Notes: generated from the letters alone by a model not told the origin. A stretch of DNA of 64,000 nucleotides from Camelus ferus (GCF_009834535.1 NC_045696.1:5272001-5336000), one strand, 5' to 3'; shown: positions 37,976 through 51,038, counted from the first letter of the stretch. Numbers and translations are program-made.

Positions 37976-40900
37976 ACACTTTGACAGCATCACCTTATTG
38001 CTGTTTTATGAAAGTATTAGTCAAATACGATACAAACCTGCAGATATTCACCCCCGAAAGTCCTTCTTCTCCCTCATTATGAGGCCCTTTCTAGAAAGTC
38101 ATTCTAAATTAATGGAAAACCCCAGGCTTGGGCTCATATTACTCAGGTGTTCAAACAGTACAGTGTGCCCAGTAGACTAAGAACAGAAGGACCCCAGACA
38201 AACCATGAATGCCTTTCACCTATAACACCCCCAACAAAGCACCGAGCGCAGAAACTAGAATTTGAAAAAATACTGCAGAGAAAACGTGTTCATCGTAAAT
38301 TCAAGGCACTTTCCGTGACAAAAAGCCACACTCTTTGCCTCATCCTGGTCACACTATTCCACCAAATCTTCAGTTAAATCAATTGTGAGTCATTTATTCA
38401 ATTTTTCTTTCTGAAAAAAAACAAGCCATCTTGCATTCTGGCATTCTTAGAATTCAAAAGAGAAGAGCAGTGAGGCTTCTCAGTCCCACAGCATGCGTTA
38501 GTAACATGCAGGATTGGGGAAATGAACCTTACAGCGATCCACTGCAGTCATCAGCCTGGCAAACACAGCTTCTGGCTGAACTGTGGCCTCCTCCCACTTG
38601 GGAAATGTTGAACCTTGACCCCAAGTTGTAATCGGTGTCTTTCAAGACCTAACGTCCCCAGTCGGCGTAGAGAGAGCATCTACCATTACGTGATCCAGCA
38701 AAACTGTATGGATCTTTCTGGATCTTCCTGGCTGCAGGTACAACCCCAAAGGAGGTCAAAATGACATAAGAAATTGAATTTTCATTGGACCTCATCTTGC
38801 TAAGCCTTTGGGGCCAGGTGCAAAAATCTACGTCTTACACAGTAACCCTCAGAATCTGTGCTTAACGGGTCTAAATTGCACGGTCCCTTGAGGACCTTTA
38901 CCCCCTCATTGGCATTTTGGCTCACTGTTACATCATAGGAACTAGTGTAATTCTTATTTTAGATCTTTTTCATCTTATTATTTGTCTCACCAAAGAGGCA
39001 CCCTGACAGCTAACAAGTGAAGCCCTAAACCAGCGTCGTATGTGGTTTTTAAATCAATGGCTCCTTTTGGGAAAACATCATTTATTTTCCATGCCCTCAT
39101 CCCAAGACATAAGTGGCATTAGCCTCCCCTGGCAACCTCTGTCCTGGAACAATGCTGTTCACTGCTTTCCACTTGCATTTAGAGATTTTATGGTAAGGCA
39201 AGTAGCTTCTGATTCTGTGCGAAGGATAGCCCTGAGAGTCTCAAGATTTGCCCTTAAATGCCCCCAGTGTATTCAAGCCACGCCTCTGACAGGTGTGGTC
39301 CTTGTGTTGTGGCCAATGTCTGGATGGGAGAAAGGCCGAGAAGCCCGGCACGGAGTTGCAACATCCCATCCAAGCCGAAGCAAGAAGAGAGGCTGTGGCA
39401 GCAATACACAAGCATTTGGGGACCGTGCCCCCAAAGGGCCTCAAGTCTAATTAATGGCTGTCAGCTGACGCGTTACACAGCGGGGAGGCCCACACACACA
39501 CACAGGGTGATGGTGTGTGTCATGTTTCAAATCAACTCTCCAAATGTGTGCCTCTGTGCATTCAAATGTTGCTCCTAGCTCCTCTGAATAAGTTCTTTTG
39601 AAAAGCAACCTAAAACCAGATGCCTGAATGAGAAAACGGGGTTGCCTGTCATTGTTGGTGGGACTTGTTGTCAAACAGTTTAGGTCTGTTTGAAACAGAG
39701 GGAGGCTCTTTTTCTTCGTCTTCTGTGCAGGGAGTCCAGCAGGGAGAGACAAGAATGCCTTTTGTAAACTTCCACCTTGGTGGTTAGGATTTCTGATCCA
39801 GCGAATGCACCTAAGCCTGCATTTTGATCCCTGCTAAATTGTCTTCCAGCTCATCTCGTAGACTGTTCCGGCACATCTGACACACTTCAATACTGAAATG
39901 CAAATCAGACACCCCCACAAACCACCTCCATTCTCTCACGTTGCCCTAAATTTGGACCTCACTTTCCTCGCTACACTTGAGCTGCTCTTTTCAATCACGT
40001 GCCTGTTCCCCCTAAAAAGCAATGTCAAAGGGGAGAAAGAAGACATTTTGCCCCTGTAAAGTCGCCCAGTGTAGAGCCAGCTCCAGGCGAAGCGCCCCCA
40101 CCAAAGGCCGCAGGCCCCGCAAGAACAGCGCCACCCCTGGGGAGCGCTTGGCTCTTCGGCAACCTCTCCTCCCAGCCCAGCTCCTGCACTGACTCAAGAC
40201 GCAGCTGTGAACTTGGGAATTTCTGCAGCTGGAGCTAAGCCCTAACAGCTGGATCAGGATCTGTTTTCCCATCAGAATCAAGTAAATCCTGAAGTCGGAG
40301 GAAAGTCTGACAAAATCCATTTATTCAGCCCTCGGGGTAATTAGTTACATGGGTACGTCAACAATATCTGAAATCCATCGCCGCTGAGAGTTATTAAAAC
40401 TAGAAGCCACGTGTAACTCATCCAGCTAAAGAAAAGCTTGGGGAGACACTGGGGAGGGGGTGGAGAAGGGATCCAGTTCTCCTCCCAGAAAGGAGCTTCT
40501 GTTCAACTTTATTAAATGTTTTACGCAGATTTAAGTTTTAGCCAAAGGACAAATTCCCGCTCTCCGAGGACCACGCTTCTGGAAACTTGGAGATCAGCCA
40601 AAGAGCTGGTCACTCAGCGGGTGGCCAGAGGATGGGGGCTGCACAGGAGGTGGGGGTGGGGGGATGGGAGCAGGCGGGACCAGGACCAGAGGGAGAAAGG
40701 TGGAGGGAACTGGAAGGCATCTGATGGGCAGCAAAGGGAGGCAAAGGTGTGAGCTGCTCACATTGTGGGATTGTATCAACATTAAGGGAACTACTGCAGA
40801 GTTCTTGCAATTGCCTGCCTACTGATGGAATGGGGAGGCGGGGGCGGGGCTGAGGCTGCAAAGCTGCCCTAATTACACATTCAGCAGGAAGGAGGTTGTG

Positions 40901-41149
40901 ATCCTTATCATGGGTGAGCTCTGGGACCCGTGCTCTCTCCCTGGGGACCCACTGTGCAGTGGACACCGCCAAGATGAGGCATTCTGGAAAGCTCAGGAGC
41001 CTCTGCTGAAGACGGGGTGACAGCCAGTGGGAGGATCCCCACTCCCGCCCTCCGCCTCTTCCTCCTTCACTGGCATCCATGGTTCACCCTGTTCAGAGAA
41101 CTCCACGCGCAGTTTGGCCATCAAGACCCTCCCAAGTCCCAGCCCTGCC

Positions 41150-41265
41150 CTTCACTAGCCGGTGGCTTTGAGCCAGCTGACCTTGAACGTCTCCATGCCT
41201 CAGCTGTCAACTGGGCATAACAATGGCACCTACCTCACAGGTTGTCAGGGAAGTTCAAATAAGGT
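41150..41265 (+). mobile_element. MIR fragment
   Basis: CTCCATGCCTCAGCTGTCAACTGGGCATAACAATGGCACCTACCTCACAGGTTGTCAGGGAAGTTCAAATAAG. Confidence 0.65.
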
Positions 41266-42625
41266 AACTAGACACCCTGCTGCGCACTGGGGACGCTGGG
41301 CAAGCGGGAGCTGCTGTGGTGATAACTGCTGTTGCTGCTGGATGGTTTCAGCCTCCCCACCCTCCTCCTCACACACTTGCCCACATCCTCGCCCAAGCCC
41401 TTGGCCCCATCCCAAACCCCATTTCTAAATTTTATAACGTTTTGCCAGCTCAGGATTCCTGTCATGTTTATACCAAAAACCACCCATCAGAGAGATAAAA
41501 GCCAGGAAGAGGCATTTTATTTCTGAAGTTGTTAATTTTACTCTAGAGTCCAAAAAAAGGATCACCAGTCTGTCAAAAAAAGAAAAAAAAAAAAAAGACA
41601 GACAAAAGATTTTTAAAAGTAATTATTTAAGTGCCAACCAAAAGGAAATGAAAATGAATTTGTCTCGATTACCAAGTAAAATTAGAGGGTGGTGCTGTCA
41701 AACCCCAAATCTGCCATTTTTAAAAGGAAGACAGAGAATGTGATCATTTAAAAATACAATGAACTATCAGTTTGCCCCAACAAACTATCTTCTGGATAAA
41801 CATATTCAGAGAAGTGACTTTTCATTGAAAACTGGAGCTCGTCTCCTGCCAGGGTCTCTCGGGTCTTGGGCCCCACACTCACACACACAGATATTTCGCG
41901 GTTCACACCATCTGCATTTCTCCCACTGGTGCTCTGATTAACTGCAGGTGTAGTCTGTGCAGGCAGTGCGTCCACACGGCCATGCACTGCAATCCTTCCC
42001 TCACTTCTCTTCCAAGACTGACGTCTGCCAGATGGCCTGCCTGCTAGCGCTCTGAAAGGTACCCACCAAGGAAGGCTCGTGAAATCACACTGCGTGTAGC
42101 GCAAATCTTCACAAGAGACTGAAAAAAACCCCAAAAAACCCAGCTTTCTCTTCTGAGGTCTAAATCTCAAAGCACTTTCCAAAGTCACCTTTAAATCGGA
42201 AGCAAACAGTTAATCCCTCTCTCTATCTGAGGTGAATGTTTAAAAGTTGCCAACTTAACCAATTTCTGCCCTTGCCATGCAAACCGAGACAGGAGGAGTG
42301 TCCGTCCTCCAGGCCAACAGTCACAGGGTCGATGTGCTCTCACCACTTGGAATCCCTTCATTTTGCTGAGCCTTGCTGCTCCGCAAAGCCCCTTCTCACC
42401 CCCAAGTTTCCCTGCGAGAGTAGAAGCCCCGCTCACCTCACTCATGATGCCTTAACAGCAGCTCCGGGATCCCCACTGCTCGCACGGACAGCACTGCTCA
42501 GGGGTCGCTGTTCCACGGTCCTGGCTTTTCTCTTAAAAAGGGCTGCCCGATAGCATCATGCCTCCCGTGAGCCAATGAGATGCATTCACCTGTCTGAACG
42601 CCTGGCAGATATCTGAGAGCAGCAA

Positions 42626-42640
42626 GGGCCACCTAGTGGA
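42626..42640 (-). promoter_or_regulatory. Candidate CTCF binding site
   Basis: Minus strand reads TCCACTAGGTGGCCC, matching the CTCF core CCASYAGRKGGC exactly; motif match only. Confidence 0.5.
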
Positions 42641-42716
42641 GCAAAGGAGGAAGGCGGGCTTGGTCCCAGCTCCAAGCCCAGCCAGGGAGAAGAAACGACA
42701 GATTACAAGAGAGTCA

Positions 42717-42923
42717 AATAATATACATATCATTACATATAAAATAGATTAAGAAACCCCAAATTTCTTCTGTATAGCACAGGGAACTATATTCTATATC
42801 TTATAATAACCTTTAATGAGAAAAGAATCTGAAAATCAATATATGCATGTATATGCATGGCTGGGACATTATGTACACCATAAATTGACACATTGTAACT
42901 GACTATACTTCAATTTAAAAAAA
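42717..42923 (+). mobile_element. 5'-truncated young L1 3'UTR
   Basis: AATTTCTTCTGTATAGCACAGGGAACTATATT...AATTGACACATTGTAACTGACTATACTTCAAT, poly(A); TSD AGAGTCA (42710-42716 / 42924-42930). Confidence 0.87.
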
Positions 42924-45503
42924 AGAGTCATAGTCGAAGGTACACAGATCATTCTAGGATTGCCATTGTTCATGATTTCAAGAGGTTACAGGACTTAGAC
43001 GTGTGGGAAAATGCACGTTCAGTGGCAGTGGACTGGAGGCTTGTTTCTCGAAGGAAGAGCTGTTCTGGAAACACGGAGGCCAGGCATCTCACCCGCCTCT
43101 TGCTTTTCTCCGGGGCTGCCGTTTCCCCTGCCTTTGTAGCACAAGCCTCTGCCTTCAGAGCTGAATATTTTCCACTCCTCTCCTCCAACCCCATATCCGC
43201 CAGCCTGCTTGTACCCCGGGTACTCATCCCCTGGCAGGAGGACGTGAGCAGATGGCGTCATGGACTTGGAGAGTCACGCTGTGACCACAGCTTTGACCCT
43301 GGAATCTGCCTGTCCAGCCTGGCTGTGAAGATTCTTGGGCCCACACCTGGACTCATGAGACCCTGAAGAGCATCCAAGTGGGCCCTGGACTTGTACAAGG
43401 CAGACATCACGGCCAATGTGATGGGAACTGAGATGCGTGTGGCTGCTGGGTCTGGTCACTGGTCAGGGAGCCCTCTTGCAAATCGACCTGTGGGCTTGTG
43501 TCTGTTCTAAAAAACACAAGGCAAATGCTGAGTGCAGCCACAGAGAGAGAGAACCTAGCTGCCCAAGGGAAAATCAGCACCCACAGGTTACACCCGATGC
43601 ATATGAGTGTGCCCCCAGCACATCTCCACGTGTGCTCGCTGGCCAGCTCCCCAGGCACTGAATGCTCCTTCTGTCATGTCCCAGGTTGGGCACCTGGACC
43701 ACACCTCCGAGCTCCATCCATTCTCTTGGGGCAGTGACACCAATGACTGCATCAGACCAAGGACTGCAAAGATTCCACCACCCTTGTCTTGGAATCCCCA
43801 GGGACCAGCGTAATAATAAACAGATGGTCTTCAAACCTGGCCGTGAGGTTCTGATGAGCAGTCGGATCTGAGAAACACTGCTTGAGGCAGTCATAGGACA
43901 CACACACGTCACTCATTCACTCCTTCCAAACTTCCAGGCTCCCTCCTGCCCATCTGCCCTTCCCCCACCCCACCTCCTTTTGGCATCTGCATGGCCCCTG
44001 TTGGCTCTTACAGGCACCAATCCTATTTAAACAGCTTCTGCACATCACTACCATGCGATGTTCCTCAGGTCAGCCAAACACCACATCACATGGCAGATGG
44101 AATCATGAACCAGAAGCTTAGGACTTTGGTCCTTGAAGTGAGCGATAGTTTTCTCTGTGACCTTGGCCAAGCCTGTCCATCCCTCAGTGTCTCATTTCCC
44201 CCACTGGTAATATAGAGATATTAAAACCTCATACCTGCCAACCTAAGCGAAAATATATACACTAAATACATTGAGCTGGGAAATAAATTTTGAAAGAACT
44301 TCAGGAGAATTAGATCTACAGCTTCATATATTAGATCTAGGGGAATACTTCAGCCTTGCTGAATTAAAATACAGACATGTGGTTCTGTAATTTATGAAAA
44401 AATATGTAATGTGGATAGATTATTTTCATCTTCTTGGAAGTGTGAGCCTGCCGGAAGGTACTGGGTTGGACCAGGCAATCTTTCAAAATCTTCCTCTGGG
44501 CTTATTTATAGGGACAGTGTATATTGATGACCTAACACCTTCCAGCAGACTTTCATACAGCACGATCCGAATCCCTGAATGTGGAAGGCTTCACAACGGG
44601 AGGGTTGTGGAGGGCCATCATGGAGGATTCGTGGTCCAGCATCACTGGCTGGTGTCATCCCTCCCTTCTGCCTTCACTGCTCATCAACCACAAGCCAAAT
44701 ATAGTCCCTTGGTGACTACACAGTCCCCACCCCAGAGACTCAGCCCTCCCCACCCTGATGGGCGGACCCGGCGGGCTCCTGCCTGCCATCCCCCACCTTG
44801 CTTCCTGCTACCCTGAATGTGAATCCCGCCTACAGGCTGGAGCCCTGTGCCAACTTCTGAACGTCACGTGGCCCAGAGCCAGGAGGCTACCCAGGTTCTA
44901 CCTACAAGTGCGGAAACGCAACCTAATTCTACAAACCTCTCCTGGAAGCATTTCTTTACTGTAATGCTCCCTTCCTGTGAGTGCCGTTTACCACGTCTGG
45001 TCTCCCACCTCCTTGGCTTTTTAAACCTCCTGCAGGAGCATGAAACTACCCCGCCCCTGTCGGCTGTCGCCCTGACCGCACAAGCCAGTGTTCTGCGCTC
45101 ACTGAGTGTGGACACCGCTCTGTAAAGAAGACTCTTTTTTCCCCACAAAATTAGATTCACTTTCCAAAGCTAACATCTGAGAATTTTCTCTTTTGAAAAT
45201 GAGAAAAGAGGGTATTTCCAACATCTCTCTGCCGTCAGAGTTTAAGCCAACTTTTTAAACCATTTTTTGAAAAAATTGCTGTCAAGACTGACCTGCTTTC
45301 AACCTACATGACTGGGTTTTACTGCCTTTTTAAAGAAAAAATAGATTAATAGACATGTTCAGTGGTGGCCTTCCAAGGGTTTAGCAAATACCTTGCATTT
45401 TAGTCCCGCTTCCTCCCCCCAGCCTGACACGTGTGTTGTCCCCTCCCTTCTCTGCCCTAGAGGTTGCCCTTCACTGGCCAACATGGATAATAGATGTATA
45501 CAT

Positions 45504-45653
45504 TTTTTAATATTTTGTTTTATTGTTTAATTAACTAGTTTACTTGGGGAGGGGTAACTAGGTTTATTTATTTTAATGGAGGTACTGGGGATTGAACCCA
45601 GGACCTCGTGCATGTTAGGCACACACTCTACCACTGAGCTATACCCTCCCCTC
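45504..45653 (-). mobile_element. tRNA-derived SINE (Vic-1-like), long-tail form
   Basis: GGAGGTACTGGGGATTGAACCCAGGACC...CTCTACCACTGAGCTATACCCTCCCC; TSD TAGATGTATACAT (45491-45503) / TAGATGCATACAT (45654-45666). Confidence 0.93.
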
Positions 45654-46395
45654 TAGATGCATACATATTATTATTTCTGGGAGGTATTGAAAGTTTATCT
45701 TTGAGTTCTCTCTTCTCTGCCCCCTGTTGCCCCCTGTGTCTCTTTCTCACCTAAAATAACTTGCGTTTACATATCCAACCCTCCACCCCACCTTGACCCT
45801 CGGTGAGGTCACTCTGTCTTTGCAAAGGGCATCACCAGTAGGAGAGAAAGAGGGATTATGCAGGAGGTGGACACGTACAGTCACATCCATCTGCCCCAGT
45901 TCCACAGAACTCTGCTCATCTCATTGGCTAATTCCAAGGGTTGCAATCTTACCTGAAGCCTCTACCATTCTTAAGGTTTAAATCCCTCCCAGTTTATGGA
46001 TGAAAAGGTCACCTTAGAGCCGGCAGCCCCTTTCGCCCAATTAAATGTCCAAATCTGCCCCTGGGATGGGGACTGCCTGGACGGCCCGCAGAGCCAGCAT
46101 GCCTGCCCTCCACAGCGCTCTCTTTGATGAAAAGGTCAGTGGGTGTTTGTGTTCAAAGAGCCCCTTCTCCGACACGTCAGCCCGGGTCCCTTGCTCAAGG
46201 CCAATCTGATGGCCTGCTGGTAGGGCTCTCCCATCTCGCAGCAGGGTCAGCGGTCAGAACTGTTGGGTCCTTAATTTGTTGGGTCCTTTGTTGTGTCCTT
46301 AATTATTCTATCTTTGCTTCCGACACAGGTGAAGTCTTCCAGTTCACTCTCCAGCAACAAATCAGTGATTCTGCAGAGCCAGCCCACTTGTCCGG

Positions 46396-46765
46396 TGCTA
46401 CGGGCTGAACTGTAATGGCCCCCCACCCCCTCCCATGCACACATGGAAATCCTAAGACCCGTGGGACTATTTAATGAGGGAATTAGGTGAAATGAAGTCG
46501 TATGGATGGGCTCTAATCCAATAGGTCTGGTGTCCTGGTAAGAAGAGTCAGGACACAGACTGCCTACACCAAGGGGCAACCACGTGAAGACACAGGGAGG
46601 AGACGGCATCCTCACCCCAAGGAGAGAAGCCCCAGGAGACGCCAGCCCTGCTGGCACTTTGATCTTGGCCGTCCAGCCTCCAGAATCATGAAAGAAAAGG
46701 CGTCTGCTGTTTAAGCTGCCCCCATCTGTGGCCCTCTGTTGTGGAAACCCAAGCAGACTGGGACA
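46396..46765 (+). mobile_element. MaLR solo LTR (MLT1B/C-like)
   Basis: TGCTACGGGCTGAACTGT...CTAATCCAATAGGTCTGGTGTCC...CCACGTGAAGACACAGGGAG...CCAGCCTCCAGAA...GTTTAAGCTGCCC...GACA; TSD-like TCCGG/TCCAG. Confidence 0.85.
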
Positions 46766-46799
46766 TCCAGTCTGTGGCTGAGGTTCTTTCTGGAGAGGA

Positions 46800-47330
46800 C
46801 TCCCTTTTGGATGCCCCAGACCCCCGCCCTCCCAGGACGGAAGCGCTCACTCCCCAGCTGCTGCCCGTTGGCAATGGTGATGGGCTCAGCGCTCCACTCA
46901 GTCCTCAGGGAGCCTGCTCTCAGCCCAAGGGAGCTGCCTCGCCCAGAGTCACCATGCCATTCAGACACATCCAACAAAGTCTTGGCCCCCTTGTCCCAAT
47001 TCGGGAGAACTCTGCAGGGTCCTCCATCCCAGCTCCAAAGTTTCCTGTGGGATCTGCTGGAACCACAGTCCACATTCCCCCTCTGCCCCATCCTGGCCTT
47101 CATCCCCCTGGGTGTGATGACAGGGCACCCCCGAGCATCACCCTGCCTGCTAACCTCCACCCCCGGGTCTGCTTACAGGTGCGACCTGACGCAGTCGGAC
47201 CAGGTGGCGGGAGAAAGCAGACCCTGCCCTGGAGTCGGGAGCTGGATCACCTGCTGGCCAGATGGCCACCAGAACCCTCAGTGGCAGCAGATGGGGCACG
47301 AAGACCCCAAGGGTGCAGCCTGGTGGTGGT
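46800..47330 (+). mobile_element. LTR16-like ERVL LTR followed by the start of the ERV3-16A3-like internal region
   Basis: GAACTCTGCAGGGTCCTCCATCCCAGCTCCAAAG...CCCTCTGCCCCATCCTGGCCTTC (LTR16 motifs), then AAGCAGACCCT...GGAGCTGGATCACCTGCTGGCC (internal leader); from recalled consensus. Confidence 0.65.
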
Positions 47331-47419
47331 TGAAACACTCATCACGTAAGGTGGGGTGGTCTCCCTGTGGAAGTGAGTGCACAGGGTGGGAGCCACATCT
47401 CAGACTTTAGACAAATAAG

Positions 47420-48110
47420 TAGGAAAGGTAACTTTAAGGATGATGGAATGAGATGGCTGCTGCTGGGGAAATCAAGGCTTTGGAGAGAAATAAAGCAGGC
47501 TGGGCTGATTAATCGGGAATTGAAGGCTAAGTGTGAAATCAGGGGCAGCAGGGAGCCCGAGGTTTGCAAGATTGGAGAGCAGGAAGGAGGCTGCTGCAGG
47601 GATGGAGCTGCAGAGATGGGCAGAGGGTCCCTTGAATCTATCTGAACACTGATCTGTGCAAAAAACACTCACTGAAGTCAAAGTGGAAGAAACTTCCCAG
47701 CGCTGGGGAAAGAGCCCCTGAATAGTTCCTGGAAGGTCCCCCAGAACTGGAAACCATGCCTGCTCTCACCAGCCAAAGAGGAGTGGCCTCAGGCAACACA
47801 GGCATCAGGCTGCGGCCTCAGCGGGCTGGGCCTTGGTACTAGGGTTAAACTAGCCCCAAAGACGCCTCTTGGCTCACGTAACAAAGCCTGACAGCAAGCC
47901 TCAAAAACTCACACTGATCCACAGGTTACGTAACTGTGTGCCAGAAAAGTAACCCAACACTCTTTGAAGGAATGCAGTAAAATCTCACACCCAGCAACAC
48001 GACATTCATAGGGCCTGGCATCAAAAACTACCAGGCAGGCAAAAAAAAGCAGGACAATACGATTCGTTCATTTCACAGAAACAAATCACAGAAGGGATGG
48101 AAATAGTAGG
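47420..48110 (+). mobile_element. Ancient L1M 5'-region remnant
   Basis: TAACAAAGCCTGACAGCAAGCCTCAAAA...TAACTGTGTGCCAGAAAA...GCCTGGCATCAAAAACTACCAGGCAGGCAAAAAAAAGCAGGA resembles old L1M 5'UTR/pre-ORF1. Confidence 0.5.
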
Positions 48111-48962
48111 CTCTCCTGTGCCTCTGCTCTGCCATCCTCTATCTGGGGGCTGCGAAGCACATTTCAGGTTGGCCAGCCACTCGCTCCCGGAATCAGCCAA
48201 GAGGCAGCAGAGGAGGAACTGCGCGAAGCTGGAGGAGGAAGGAGAGATGTGTTCCTTCCTGTTTCCTCCTTCCTCCTTCCTGTTTCCTTCTTCCTCCTTC
48301 TTGTTTCCTCAGCAGGTGATCCTTCCTGTTTCCTCTTCCTCCTTCCTGTTTCCTTCTTCCTCCTTCCTGTTTCCTCCTTCCTCCTTCCTGTTTCCTTCTC
48401 CCTCCTTCCTGTTTCCTTCTTCCTCCTTTCTGTTTCCTCTTCCTCCTTCCTGTTTCCTTCTCCCTCCTTCCTGTTTCCTTCTTCCTCCTTTCTGTTTCCT
48501 CTTCCTCCTTTTTATTTCCTTTTCCTCCTTCATGTTTCCTTTGCTCCCTTCCTGTTTGATTCCTGTTCCTGTTGGTGGCAGCCGTTCTGTACCTTGGCAG
48601 TGCGGTTCTACCTGGCTACTTTGTGATTTTCCCTATGTTTACAGAACCAGCCTCAGCACACTCCCTCCAGAGACACAAGCCAAGCCGCACCCCCCCACCT
48701 CAAGGATCCAAACTTCAGCTCCATGAGGCCCTTCCTCTAAGCTTCTAAATTTTAATAATCCTGACTCCTCCCTTTGTTCCCCCAGCCCTACAGGTAGGAG
48801 CTGCTCCCTGTACCCACTCCCTCTACAATATCTTAGAGTTCTCTTTTTGCCGCTTCGGTCAGCTAGCCAACAACTTTGCTCCACATTCTCAATGTTCATA
48901 TTAACTCCACTCTGAGCGAAAACTGGTGTGGTTTCTGCCTCCTGATCTAACCCACCTGTATA
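48110..48962 (+). mobile_element. LTR41/LTR33-family ERVL LTR interrupted by a tandem expansion
   Basis: GCTGGAGGAGGAAGGAGAGATGTGTTCCTTCCTGTTT...TTCCTGTTCCTGT and the 3' part CCTTTGTTCCCCCAGCCCTA...AACTGGTGTGGTTTCTG fit the recalled LTR41/LTR33 consensus. Confidence 0.65.
48252..48572. repeat. Polypyrimidine minisatellite, about 20-21-bp unit (CTTCCTGTTTCCTYCTTCCTC), about 15 units
   Basis: Ten exact TTCCTGTTT copies at 48256, 48277, 48323, 48343, 48364, 48385, 48406, 48447, 48468 and 48549, plus variants. Confidence 0.95.
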
Positions 48963-49004
48963 GCCCCTGAAATGCCATATTACATTTAGTGCTCACAAAA
49001 TTGA

Positions 49005-49100
49005 ATGAGGTAGGTAATTTTATTAGCCTCATTTTTTCAGATAAAGAATCTGTGGTTCAGAGAAGTTGGTAATCTGCTCAGCGTCCCACAGTTAGTAACT
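49005..49100 (-). mobile_element. MIR fragment
   Basis: TGAGGTAGGT...TATTAGCCTCATTTTTTCAGATAAAGAATCTGTGGTTCAGAGAAGTTGGTAATCTGCTCA. Confidence 0.75.
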
Positions 49101-50819
49101 ATGAAGTCTTGTTTTTAGAAACAAACTGACTCCAAAATTTGTGCGCTTGGCTGCGTAGCGGCACACATGGTAACACGCCTGGGCCCACTGGTGTGGGGGA
49201 GTGTCCGTCAGGGGCTGGAGTGGGGTTAGTAGGATTTGTAAGTACTGCCCGGTCAGTCTGTGATCACAAGAGAGCATCCAGGAAAAGTCCACCAGGGTCC
49301 TGTGGGATGAAACGTGTCTTGCACCTCAGACAGTATGTCCGTGAGAAACCCCAAGTGATCTGGAAATAAAAATACCAGGGAACAGGCGATTTAGCTGTTG
49401 TTACTCACCCACAATATAAATTTGAATTCCCTGAGTTCAGAAAATGCAACCATTTACCCTCAAGTAAAAAAAAAGTTTATATGATAGCAAAATTTTAAAA
49501 TTCGATCCTGGTTTTCCTTCTTGGGTGTAAAACGGATACCACTGTCTTGTTCCCTCAGAATCCTTAACAGAGTCCCTTCCCTGTACTAGGGGTTGTGCTG
49601 GCCCAGCCAACAGGACAAAGATCTGGGGGGTGGGGGGCGTCTCAACGGTGGCGGCTGGAGAAAGGGGCAGGCAGAAAGTAAACAGCCATAACATAGTCCC
49701 AGTGGCACCTTCTAAATTGAACAGCGTTTAAATAGGTCATTAAAGAATTATATATAGTTCCCACTATCTGGGTCTCATGCACATGTCAATAGATCCTGGG
49801 AAACTGTGCTAGAATCTTTCAAAATGAAAGCAAAAATGATGTCCAAATTTGATCTCCTGAAAAACCTTCGTGTCATTTTAGTCATTTCAAGACTGCAAAC
49901 CATTAGCATAAAAAGTGATAAGTTCATTCCACTTAATATGAACATTTGCTTTAAAAAATTCCAAGTGCTAAATCACACTGAAGAACTTATTACTGATGTA
50001 GTAAAATTAGAAAAAAGATCTCAGTCAATTAAAGTCAGTGAAATAAAGTCTTTAGAAAAATTTCATTCCCTAATTAAGCATCTGGGGGTTGGGGGAGCAC
50101 AAGTGTGATGTTTCTCCCAGAGTGGCCACAGAGTCCCCAGCCTCATAAATGAGACATTTGGACTAAAGCATAACTGTGGAGAAAGAAGCTGAAAAATACT
50201 TCAGTGTCATTGTATACTTGGGTCCCGAAAGGCAAGGCCATTTTCATCACATAGAGAAATTAACCAGAAAAAAAAAAGCTCTCATTCCTCTTCTGAAAAA
50301 TGGTTTTGGCAAGCGGGTACCCAGAGGTCAAAACATATTTAGAGTGATAACATTCTATTCAGTGGCCCTTTTCCGGCCTGAACAGGTTAAGGGCCAGAGT
50401 GACACCTATAGCGACATCCGTATGCAAAGCACTCAAGTGCGCAGGCTGGCTGCCCACTCCCCGTGAGCACACAGTCCACAGTAGTGACAGCAACGCCTTT
50501 AACAAGATCCACGGGGACACGGGGCTCTCCAGGAGCCTGGGCATCCCCTGATCTCTAGGGCCATGGGAAGATACCGAAAATTCATGAGGTACTTCAACCA
50601 TTGGAAGAGCAGCCTGGAATATGTGAGAGTACCAGGCTAGGGTGGGTAGACAGAAGGCGCGAGATGAATGGCTACAGGCCAGGCTTCACCCTCGGGAGAA
50701 GGGAGGTGCCCAGCAGTGGGGACGGAGGGTGGCTCTGTGGCGCTCGCCATATGTGAAGTCTGTCCTGGGAGGACCAAGGACCAGCGGAGACTGGAGAGAG
50801 GGTGGAGTCAAGATACAAG

Positions 50820-51038
50820 AAGGGATAAATTAGGAGTTTGGAATTTGCAGGTACAAACTACTATATATAAAATAAACAACAAAGTCCTACTGCACAGCAC
50901 AGGGAGCTATACTCAATACCTTGTAAGTAGCCCATAATGAAAAAGGATATGAGAAAGAACATAGATATGAATATGTAACTGAATCACTAAGCTGAAACTA
51001 ACACAACATCGTACAAGGACTATACTTCAGCTAAAAAA
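50820..51038 (+). mobile_element. 5'-truncated L1 3'UTR
   Basis: AGGGATAAATTAGGAGTTTGGAATTTGCAGGTACAAACTACTATATATAAAATAAACAACAAAGTCCTACTGCACAGCACAGGGAGC...; TSD AAGATACAAG (50810-50819 / 51039-51048). Confidence 0.9.

Noticed and set aside
40630..40855. G-quadruplex-like G-runs
   Set aside because: Common in GC-rich mammalian DNA; nothing indicates function.
46739..47410. Longest ORFs (223 aa and 202 aa)
   Set aside because: They lie over MLT1/LTR16/ERVL-leader remnants, use non-ATG starts, show no recognisable domain and overlap each other in different frames.
48097..48726. 209-aa F/S/P/L-rich ORF and the antisense E/G/R/K-rich ORF
   Set aside because: Artefacts of the stop-free polypyrimidine minisatellite.
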